Origin: Telmatocola sphagniphila
GTDB taxonomy: Bacteria > Planctomycetota > Planctomycetia > Gemmatales > Gemmataceae
DNA: 32,000 nucleotides
Direction of reading: 5' to 3'
NCBI RefSeq assembly: GCF_018398935.1
Contig: NZ_CP074694.1
Coordinates: 6,450,001-6,482,000, forward strand
Part shown: positions 1 through 8,000 of the stretch, piece by piece
Numbering within the stretch: position 1 is the first letter of the stretch
How the letters are laid out: each line of letters begins with the position of its first letter
Notes under the pieces: generated by a model
Database searches by the model: none
Told to the model about the DNA's origin: nothing
The model's input: the letters and a program-made list of their open reading frames with translations, nothing else
Program-made: the position numbers and the translations under genes

Positions 1-526
1 AGTATCCATAATCGTGCGGAAGACTCGAGATATATCCTCCCACTATAAGAGTTCGATGCTTGCTGATCAGTGCCACATATTCGACGATCTGATTGCCAGC
101 AACTCCCTTGAATTTCATCTTGCCGCCACTGCCGCCGTTATTGATTTTGTTCGTGGATATGCCAGCTGAAGTTGGAGAATCCGGACTAAAGTGACCCTGG
201 AATTCCATCTTCACAAACTGGCCTGTTTTCCACGTACTATAAATTGGGTAGTAAACATAAGCTTCGGCGGTGAAATCTTCATTTTCAGGTAGCGGATCGG
301 GAAGTTGAACTATGAGATTCCCAGAAAAGCCAGCATACTGATGCGTTTTCCAGATACCCGACCAATTGACCTGAAAAGATTTCGGAGTGTGCGATACGAA
401 CCAGAAGTGATCCGCCGTCATGAGGACGATGTAGCTGATTAAGGCAGCGGGCAAAAGCCAAAGCAATAGCTTTTTGGAGATGATTCTTCGGAGCAAACTT
501 TTCTTCGGACTTACTGTCGCTTCCAT
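1..526 (-). CDS. hypothetical membrane-anchored protein; C-terminus runs off the left window edge
   Basis: My own minus-strand translation from the ATG at 526-524 gives MEATVSPKKSLLRRIISKKLLLWLLPAALISYIVLMTADHFWFVSHTPKSF...GGYISSLPHDYGY. The frame is open to position 1, so it is absent from the supplied complete-ORF track. There is one N-terminal hydrophobic helix. No family recognised. Confidence 0.5.
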   Translation of the reverse strand, partial: MEATVSPKKSLLRRIISKKLLLWLLPAALISYIVLMTADHFWFVSHTPKSFQVNWSGIWKTHQYAGFSGNLIVQLPDPLPENEDFTAEAYVYYPIYSTWKTGQFVKMEFQGHFSPDSPTSAGISTNKINNGGSGGKMKFKGVAGNQIVEYVALISKHRTLIVGGYISSLPHDYGY

Positions 527-852
527 GATGATCCCTCTGAAAAAAACTCTGGCTATATTTCATAAGTATCTCCTGGATCTTGCTTCCGGCCTTCTCTCAT
601 TCGGAATTCATTTCGCTTTCAAAGCAGTTCGAGATAGGGCTGTCCAGAAGTCAACAATAGCAAAGTTTATTTCCGGCGATTTGCATCGAAATTTCGAACT
701 AGGAAATACACTCGTGAAATCGGAATCGCTTCTATTTTCATATCAACGAAGCCGGAGATACAGATTGGCGAGTTCAAAGCTCTCCTGGTGAAAATGTCTG
801 GATTTTAAGAGTTTTTTATATGTTTTCCTAATTCGTCTGTCGGGTTTATGAA

Positions 853-1080
853 TCACGAAAGGCAAATTAATCCCAGTCGTTGGATACGCCAATCTTCAGA
901 CTCCATGCACTGAAATGCCGTGTGATTGTCGGCTTTCGCTTGGTCAGCGAGTTCTTTAAACTCTGAACCAAAGTCGTTGCTAAAGGATTCAAATTCATCC
1001 GAGAGTAATTTGTCGCAACGTTCGATCAGCTCATCGCCTTTTTTAATCAGGGATTGGGCTAATTCCAGATAGTTCATCAA
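853..1080 (-). CDS. small acidic hypothetical protein (75 aa)
   Basis: ORF from the track. It is co-directional with the 1171-1569 ORF and lies 90 nt downstream of it. The composition looks helical and acidic. The region is AT-richer (~42% GC by spot count). No family recognised. Confidence 0.4.
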   Translation of the reverse strand: MMNYLELAQSLIKKGDELIERCDKLLSDEFESFSNDFGSEFKELADQAKADNHTAFQCMESEDWRIQRLGLICLS

Positions 1081-1170
1081 GTTTGCCCTAGAGACCGGAT
1101 TTAAGAATTGGACTCCAGCAATAGTGGATTATACTATCCTACTATTGAGTTATTTTGTTTGGTTTCAGAC

Positions 1171-1569
1171 TCAGATAAACCTCATCTGTGCTCTTTTTGC
1201 AATCTCCAAAGCCTTCATTTTCTGCGAGGCTTTTTCTGCCGGCCATTCTATCGCATCCGCATGATTCGGGTTGTCTGCCAATGGTATGGCTTCGACCTTC
1301 AGGGACTGTTCGAGAAATGCTGAGCACGTAACGTCGGCTCGCCCATACAAGGTTAATTTGCGAATAGCAGCCACTCGCTCGCCTTCCCGCCAAAGTTCTT
1401 CAATGGTCGCTTCCCGATGACGAGTTAGAGAGAGTTCCACGCGAGGGTGCGGCATGAAAGCGTCCGGCTTCACGGTCTGATCCGATTTGCGAAAATGGCT
1501 GGAAGACAAAATATAACGAGCCAGTATTTCTACCGAATCGACCGGTGGGACCTGAGCGGGGTCAAACAT
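1171..1569 (-). CDS. hypothetical protein (132 aa), last gene of a coupled three-gene module
   Basis: The ATG lies 2 nt after the stop of the upstream ORF (coding strand reads TAAtcATG). The composition is protein-like. No family recognised. Confidence 0.7.
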   Translation of the reverse strand: MFDPAQVPPVDSVEILARYILSSSHFRKSDQTVKPDAFMPHPRVELSLTRHREATIEELWREGERVAAIRKLTLYGRADVTCSAFLEQSLKVEAIPLADNPNHADAIEWPAEKASQKMKALEIAKRAQMRFI

Positions 1570-1571
1570 GA

Positions 1572-2015
1572 TTACAGGTCTCGGATCAGTTTAATCAAAT
1601 ACGCGGGGACTGTTCCAAAAAAGGGCATCGAACCGTAATGTTTATTCGATCCGAAGAGGCCAGCGTAGTGCAACAAACCCGTTGGATCGACACTAACGGA
1701 AACTACTCGCTGCGGGGACTTGTACCATTCCATCGTCAAATGCCCATCGGGCTCCGCACCAATGGACGGGCGTGGGAAAGCCAGGGGAAGGGAACAAATG
1801 AGTTCGTAGGCGAGTACAAAGGAGGACTCCGTGACCGGAACGGCGCCGAAGCCGTCCCAATTCGGCTGCTTGCACCCATCCCAAACTTTCCAGAGTTCGT
1901 CCAGAACTTCGTGATGACCGAGCGTCGAGGAGGTACGCAGCTGGTTTTGACGAAATCGAATACAGGAGTCTATCACAAGCGCGTAATCGACTCGAGGTTG
2001 CTGAGTGCTGTTCAT
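1572..2015 (-). CDS. hypothetical protein (147 aa), middle gene of the coupled module
   Basis: It starts 10 nt after the stop of the TIGR04255-like ORF and ends 2 nt before the next ATG. No family recognised. Confidence 0.7.
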   Translation of the reverse strand: MNSTQQPRVDYALVIDSCIRFRQNQLRTSSTLGHHEVLDELWKVWDGCKQPNWDGFGAVPVTESSFVLAYELICSLPLAFPRPSIGAEPDGHLTMEWYKSPQRVVSVSVDPTGLLHYAGLFGSNKHYGSMPFFGTVPAYLIKLIRDL

Positions 2016-2025
2016 CGATCAGGTC

Positions 2026-2793
2026 TCAGACGAGGGATTGAATCGTTTTCTCCGTCAGTAAATTGAAGAAGACCTTGTTCTTCAACCAGCGCATTTTCTT
2101 CAAGGAATCAGCTACCGTACCTGAGTCATTGGGCAACGGTTTCGTTGTAAAAACATCGATGTCCAGGAACAATCCCGAACTCTTCTCCAGCTCGGGCATC
2201 GATGGTTGCAAGATCTGGATTACCCGTATTCCGAAAGGGTGTCCCGGCACGCTGAAAGTGCTTTGGTTAACGAACTCTTGCAGGGGTAAGTTTGCAGGGC
2301 ACATCGGCGGATCGCGGAGAATATCGCTTAGCTTGTCGTTACTCGCAACCGGAATTCGATTGATGAAACGAATTCCCAGCCGATGAATTTCAACAGGGGC
2401 GGCCACATCCACGAATACTTTCCAGGCCGCTTTGGCCGCCTCGAGAAAGGGTTCCCAGTGGGCATAGGTTTGGGTTCGACTGAAAATCAGGCCGTCCCGG
2501 GTAAATTGGACTATGAATCGGCCATCGGTGGATTTCATCCGAATTCCCTGCCAACCCGATGTCGAATGAACCAACGGGGTTGCCTCCTTATCGCCAAAAT
2601 TGGGAGCGAATGGAAAAAGCTGCATGGGCTCGTGAATCTGGTATTCGGGTAGCCGTTGCAGGAGAACTGTTTTTAAGGATTCAGGGTCGAGAGAATGGGT
2701 TGCCCGGGCCTGCCAATGAATGACCGCTTCCACGATCGGAGGTCGGGAAAGCTTCTGGAATTTTTCATTCAGATCAAGCGGGAAGAGAGCCAT
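2026..2793 (-). CDS. TIGR04255-like uncharacterised protein (255 aa)
   Basis: The length and the N-terminal ...SRPPIVEAVIHWQA... segment resemble, from memory, the sporadically distributed TIGR04255 family. The ORF itself is convincing. The family call needs an HMM check. Confidence 0.6.
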   Translation of the reverse strand: MALFPLDLNEKFQKLSRPPIVEAVIHWQARATHSLDPESLKTVLLQRLPEYQIHEPMQLFPFAPNFGDKEATPLVHSTSGWQGIRMKSTDGRFIVQFTRDGLIFSRTQTYAHWEPFLEAAKAAWKVFVDVAAPVEIHRLGIRFINRIPVASNDKLSDILRDPPMCPANLPLQEFVNQSTFSVPGHPFGIRVIQILQPSMPELEKSSGLFLDIDVFTTKPLPNDSGTVADSLKKMRWLKNKVFFNLLTEKTIQSLV

Positions 2794-3022
2794 AGCCGTT
2801 TCTGAAAAGGATTCGATACCGGTAATAAATCTCTTTAATTTTACGCTTTTCCGCGGCCGTCTGCCATGATCTTCTCGATCCGCAGTTTAAAACTCATCTC
2901 CCGACGCCGTCGCATAAAGCTCTTGAAGTCGTAAAAAAGCGATGTCTTCAGAAGTTGCCGTTCGCAGGGCCTTCCGCTTGTCGGCATCAATCGGATTTAT
3001 CATCTGAAAGCGAAATTCCTCC

Positions 3023-3748
3023 ATGCAAATCCAAGATCGGGTTTTTATTGTCACGGGTGCCTCTTCCGGAATCGGATTGTCGACAGCAACAGCATTGGCC
3101 GAGGGCGGGGCTCAAGTGGCTTTACTTGCACGCTCGAAAGCGGCCCTGGTAGAGCTATCGAGTCGGCTTCCCCGCAGCTGGCCAGTCGTTGCAGACATGA
3201 CCGACTTCGAGTCCGTCCGTCAGGCAGTGCGAGAAGTACACCAGCACTACGGTCGTATTGATGGTCTAATCAACAATGCCGGGCGAAGTTATGCCGCCGC
3301 CGTGGAGGAGATCGATCCGGTCATTTTCGATGAGATTTTTCATCTCAATGTGTTGGGGCCGATTGTGGCGATGCAGGCCGTGATTCCCATTATGCGTTCG
3401 GCCGGCGCCGGCAGTATCGTGAACGTGAACTCCGGCACGGCCTTCATGACCGTGCCCCAATACAGCGTTTATTCCTCCTCGAAGAGAGCTCTGCTCGGTT
3501 TCAGCCTGACCGCGCGGGCGGAACTGGAGAAGGATGGAATTGTTGTGAGCGAGGTTTACCCGTTCATAACGGACACGAATTTCGGTAAGAATCGAATGGG
3601 AAATCCGTCCGGTGGCGGCCCATCGGCGAACTATGCCGAGGGAGACAAGCCGGAGTTTGTTGCGGGTCTCATCTTGAAGGCTATCGAGGAAGGGCTGGCT
3701 CAATACTTCGCTAATGACCGGCTAAGACGATTGGCCGGGGTGAAGTAG
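3023..3748 (+). CDS. SDR-family NAD(P)-dependent oxidoreductase
   Basis: N-terminal VTGASSGIG (TGxxxGxG), NNAG and YSSSK (YxxxK) motifs are those of classical short-chain dehydrogenases. Length is 241 aa. Confidence 0.95.
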   Translation: MQIQDRVFIVTGASSGIGLSTATALAEGGAQVALLARSKAALVELSSRLPRSWPVVADMTDFESVRQAVREVHQHYGRIDGLINNAGRSYAAAVEEIDPVIFDEIFHLNVLGPIVAMQAVIPIMRSAGAGSIVNVNSGTAFMTVPQYSVYSSSKRALLGFSLTARAELEKDGIVVSEVYPFITDTNFGKNRMGNPSGGGPSANYAEGDKPEFVAGLILKAIEEGLAQYFANDRLRRLAGVK

Positions 3749-3770
3749 CGATTGTCTCTCAAGGGATAAG

Positions 3771-4004
3771 CCGCTGCGGAAACGCGAAGCGAAGAATCAT
3801 TTAACCGCAGAGCACACAGAGTTCGCAGAGACGAGAAGAAAATTTTCACCGCTGCGGAAACGCGAAGCGAAGAATCATTTAACCGCAGAGCACGCAGAGT
3901 TCGCAGAGACGAGAAGAAAATTTTCACCGCTGCGGAAACGCGAAGCGAAGAATCATTTAACCGCAGAGCACGCAGAGTTCGCAGAGACGAGAAGAAAATT
4001 TTCA
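3771..4004. repeat. 78-bp tandem repeat, three near-identical units
   Basis: Units at 3771-3848, 3849-3926 and 3927-4004 differ by one base (acacagag vs acgcagag). The unit is ccgctgcggaaacgcgaagcgaagaatcatttaaccgcagagcacgcagagttcgcagagacgagaagaaaattttca. A fourth, decayed unit continues to about 4060. Confidence 0.95.
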
Positions 4005-4172
4005 CCACAGAGAACACCGAGTGCACTGAGAGTAATCATTTATTGTGAGCAATCGCACGTTGGTTTAGATTTTCTCAGTTGAAAATGCGTTGCATTTTCA
4101 ACCTTGGCAGAGCTAGCACCCTAACACGGAGTCTCTCAGTGTTCTCGGTGTGCTCAGTGGTGAAAATTCTTC
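3991..4172. repeat. large imperfect palindrome with a central perfect hairpin
   Basis: The left arm is 3991-4032 (gaagaaaattttcaccacagagaacaccgagtgcactgagag). The reverse complement of the right arm 4133-4172 is gaagaattttcaccactgagcacaccgagaacactgagag, a match of roughly 85% by eye. A perfect hairpin gttgaaaatgc-gtt-gcattttcaac lies at 4078-4102. Confidence 0.8.
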
Positions 4173-4245
4173 AAGTACCGTTCGAAAGTCATCTTTGAAC
4201 ATTCAGTACTAGCTACCGCTCACGCAATTCCGGCTTCTCAAAATT

Positions 4246-4284
4246 CCCTCTGCGGCCTCTGCGCCTCTGCGGTTAATTTTTTTT
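4246..4284. repeat. inverted copy of the CGCAGAG core motif followed by a T8 run
   Basis: ccctctgcggcctctgcgcctctgcggttaa (4246-4276) is the reverse complement of the ttaaccgcagag..cgcagag..cgcagag core of the 78-bp unit. A T8 run follows at 4277-4284. Confidence 0.75.
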
Positions 4285-4333
4285 CTAGATAAAATTTGAG
4301 GGGACAGGCATGTGGGGAGCCCTGCACCAACGG

Positions 4334-5095
4334 CTACACTCCGCGCTGCTTCGGATCCCAAATATACTTGTGCATCTGAAGCTGCATTCTCACCTGCAAC
4401 TGAGAATCCAACAGCCAGTCGACCAACTGCACCGGTTTTACCTTGTCGTGCACCACACTCAAGAGCACTTCGAAACGCCGATCGAGCTGATGCTTGCGGA
4501 TAGTCTCCACCGTCCATTCGAAATCCCGCCGTGAAGCGATCACGAATTTGATTTCATCAGTCGGTTTCAGATGATCGAGATTGGCAAACAGATTCGAATC
4601 GCACTCGCCGCTGTCGGGGCACTTCAAATCCATGATGATGCACACCCGGCGATCGACTTGATCCACCGGAACTGTTCCCGAGGTTTCCAGCAGAACCTTC
4701 TTGCCGCGATCGGCCAGCTGCGACATCAATTCAAAGGCTTCTTCCTGAAGCAACGGCTCGCCGCCGGTTAGCTCCACCAGCGGGCAGTTGTATTCGAGGA
4801 CTTTTTGCAGAACATCTTCGAAAGAAAGGAGCGCACCTTCCTTGAATGCGTGCGGCGTGTCGCACCAGACGCAACGCACATTGCAGGTCGTCAGACGCAC
4901 GAACACGCAGGGGAGCCCGGCGTAGGTCGATTCCCCCTGAATACTGCGATAGATTTCGTGAATCAGCAACTGGCCAGCGGGTTTGTTGGCCAGGGGGGCG
5001 AGCCGATGCTGATGTTCCGGCGCCAGATTTAGTTGCATGGAAGTACGAATCGAACTTTCTAAACCGGTGGATTGATTTTCTGTTTCATCGACCAT
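4334..5095 (-). CDS. queE: 7-carboxy-7-deazaguanine synthase (radical SAM)
   Basis: It has the CNVRCVWCDT radical-SAM cluster motif, IQGEST, LTGGEPLL, and a C-terminal ...IWDPKQRGV that matches the conserved QueE C-terminus. The start is ambiguous. ATG 5095 overlaps the upstream TPR gene by 37 nt, while ATG 5038 (MQLNL...) leaves a 20-nt gap. Confidence 0.9.
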   Translation of the reverse strand: MVDETENQSTGLESSIRTSMQLNLAPEHQHRLAPLANKPAGQLLIHEIYRSIQGESTYAGLPCVFVRLTTCNVRCVWCDTPHAFKEGALLSFEDVLQKVLEYNCPLVELTGGEPLLQEEAFELMSQLADRGKKVLLETSGTVPVDQVDRRVCIIMDLKCPDSGECDSNLFANLDHLKPTDEIKFVIASRRDFEWTVETIRKHQLDRRFEVLLSVVHDKVKPVQLVDWLLDSQLQVRMQLQMHKYIWDPKQRGV

Positions 5096-8000
5096 AACCA
5101 GGCTTCAATCCCACCGACCTCTTTGGCCAGACAGCGAATAAAACGCTGATACGACTTGGACAGATCCGGGCTCTTCACTTTCGGTGCATAAGTGAAAATA
5201 CATTCTTTTACGCGCCGCCGAGCTTCATCGAAGGCCCCACGGCGATGTTTCGGTGAGGTTTGCTGCACCAGTATCAAGGTCTCGGTCAGCGTGTAAATTA
5301 TCCGGGCGGTATCGCTCAGTTGTTGAACGTTGGATAACTTCAACTGAGCGTTGGCCTCCTCGGTTTTACCCCGCAAGGTTTCTTCGAAAGCCAGCCAGAC
5401 CCGGAATTCGGGCACACTGCTGTCCTCATCGTCCAGATCGAGAGCCCGGCGCGTGATCTCTTCGGCCTGCTCGTACTGTCCCAAAGCCCGTAGGATCAGG
5501 GCCGGGGGATGGAAGATCCAGGGAGATTCCGGCTGGCGATTTGGCCAGTCTTCAATCCACTTAGCTCCCTCTTTCAACTCGTTCACTGCTTCGTAGGCCA
5601 GCGCCACCTTGGCCCAGCCGCGGTTGTCCCGCTCCAACGTGGGACGGTACTTTTCCAATAGACGGTCCAACCGGGTTCGCTGGTTCGGTTTGGCGCAGGC
5701 TTCCACGGCGGCGAAGACCGCTTCCTGACCGATTTCGCCCCGTTCCATCAGTTCGGGAAGTTTACTTTCGAAGTCGTAGTCGTTCTGGGCCGCTTTATGT
5801 TCGATCCAGAGCTTACCGACTATTGGCGTCGCTTCGGGCTCATCGATCAATTCGGTGAGCCAGTTATCGACTTCGGCTTTGTAACCCGACTGTTGAAGCG
5901 ATTCGATCATCTTGTTGACGACCATGGCCGGGGCATTTTCGTCGAGAGCCAGGCTGCGGAAGATATCCCGGCAGCCCTCGGCGTCCTTCTTGCGAGCCGC
6001 GAGTCGCAGCGCTCGCAAGCGGATGTAGGGTCCATCGTTGTGTTCCTGCAGGCGGGCCAGCGTACCGTTGGCCGCTTCCAGTTCACCGTCGGCCAGTTGT
6101 TCGTCGATCAGATGCAGACCTGCGAAAGCGTAGCTGTTGTCGAGTTCGAAGGCTTTCTGAAAATCGACTTTGGCGCCCCGGCGGTCGCCGCCGTAGAGTT
6201 TGGCCTCGCCGCGATAGGCGTGGGAGGCGGGGTTGCCCGGATCCAATTTGACCAGACTTTCCGCGGCCGACAGATATTCCTGATGGTTTCCCGTGGAATC
6301 GTACCAGTTCGCCAGTTGCTGCCAGCCCCAGTAATATTCGGGATCTTCTTCGAGAAGCGTTTTCATCGCGGCGATGGCTTCGTCGAGACGATTCTGCGAG
6401 CCGAGCACCCAGGCGGACCGGCCACGCAGAGCGAGTGGAATTTCGTCGGGGGGGAACACGTCCGGCTTGCAGGTCTGAAGAGCCTCGTCGTAGCGGCCGA
6501 GACGGGAGAGCAGTTCCGCCTTCATGTCGTAGGCCTGGAAGCTGTCCGGTATAGCCGTGATTACCTTGTCCATCATCTGTAGTTTTTCATCGGCTTCGCT
6601 GGCCTGGCCACTGGGGCCTTCAATCCAGGACATCAGGATGTAGGGATGGAATTTTGGTTCGGTCTCCAGAATTTCTTTCAGGACCCGATCGACCATCTTG
6701 GTATAGCCCGCATTGCGTAACTCGCTGACGGCCGTGTTGATGGGCCAGGTGGAATCGCAGGGCAGGGTACAGACTTCGCGAAGCGCGCTCTCGCCTCCCT
6801 CTTCGTCCTGAGTGCGGGCGGCCAGTTGAGCATGGCGGGCCAGAACGAATGGCTGGCCGCTGCCGCCGACATGTTCCTGAAGCACGGCCAGCACCGGTCG
6901 AGCCGCTTCGTATTCTTCTTCCTGAATGAGCGAATCGAAAAGCAGCATCCCGGCGTAGGAATATGCGGGAGCCAGTTGTTGCGCTTCGCGCAGATCTTCG
7001 TGAGCGCCCTCTTTATCGCCGACCTGCAGCTTGGCTTCGCCGCGCATGGCCAATGCGACCGGACTATCGGGTCGCATTTCCACCAACTTGCGAGTCGCTT
7101 CGAGAAACTCTTCCGAGTTGTTCATCTCGTTGTGCCACTCGGCCAGTTGTTGCCAACCCCAGTAGTAGTGCGGTTCGAGGGTGACCAGCGCCTGCATCTC
7201 CCGTATCGCCTGAGGCAGGTTCCCCCGGCGTGCTTCGACCCAGGCAGCCCGGCCCTGCAGAATCATGGGCGGATCGGGATCGAAAATCGACGGAGTGGCC
7301 GCGGTCTTGGCTTCATCGTAACGGCCGATTTCCGCAAGCCGCTCCGCCTTCATGTCGTAGGCTTCGATGCAGCGTGCGTTCAGTTTGATCGCCCGATTCA
7401 GAGCGTCCAGGGCTTCATCGTGATGGGCGGGGCCGGAGAGCATGCGGGCCAGAGCCAACCAGGTGCGGTAGTCGCCGGGCCGCAGGTGGGCGACTTCGCG
7501 AACGGTGGTGAGGGCTCGGTCGCCATCTTCCATCCGTTCGGCCCATTCGCCGAGCGCCCGCCAGGCCCATTCGTAGCCAGGGTCGAGTTTCAAAGCGAGG
7601 CAGAGACGACTGAAGGCCTCTTCGCTTTCACCGACGTTCCAGAGGTGATCGGCCAGGTAGCCGTGATTGACCGGGTCGAGCGGCGAACGCGCCACTGCCT
7701 GTTCCAGCACGACCCGCGCTTCCTCCGGATGAGATTCTTCTAGGCATTCCGAAAGTTCGCGGGCGGCGAAACCCCAGTTCGGCGAAATTTCCAACGCTCG
7801 GCGGAGTGCGTTGAGTTGCGTTTCGATGTCTTCGGTAGCTTCGCAGATTTCCGCGAGATCGACCCACAGCCGACTGACCAGCGGGAAAGTTTCGGTGGCC
7901 CCTTTAGCCAGTTCCTTGGCTTCTTCCATGCGGCCCGACATCGAGAGCAGCTGAATGGCGACCGACCACGCCTGCCAGATTTCCGGCTTCTCGTCGAGGA

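Noticed and set aside
474-791. 105-aa plus-strand ORF.
   Set aside because: It overlaps the 5' end of the edge-truncated minus-strand gene and otherwise lies in AT-rich intergenic sequence. There are no motifs, so it is probably spurious, though I cannot exclude it.
2891-3003. 38-codon minus-strand mini-ORF (MINPIDADKRKALRTATSEDIAFLRLQELYATASGDEF) upstream of the TIGR04255-like gene, with a possible frameshifted continuation.
   Set aside because: It is too short, has no recognisable family or start context, and its ATG sits only 19 nt from the divergent SDR start. It is noted only as something a small-ORF search could revisit.
3771-4004. Possible CRISPR array (regular repeats).
   Set aside because: The 78-bp units abut directly with no unique spacers. 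The unit length is far from the 28-37 bp typical of CRISPR, and no cas genes are present in the window.
3700-4026. 108-aa minus-strand ORF encoding a repeated peptide (VKIFFSSLRTLRALRLNDSSLRVSAA x3).
   Set aside because: It is simply a translation of the tandem DNA repeat. It overlaps the 3' end of the well-supported SDR gene and shows no start context or protein-like diversity.
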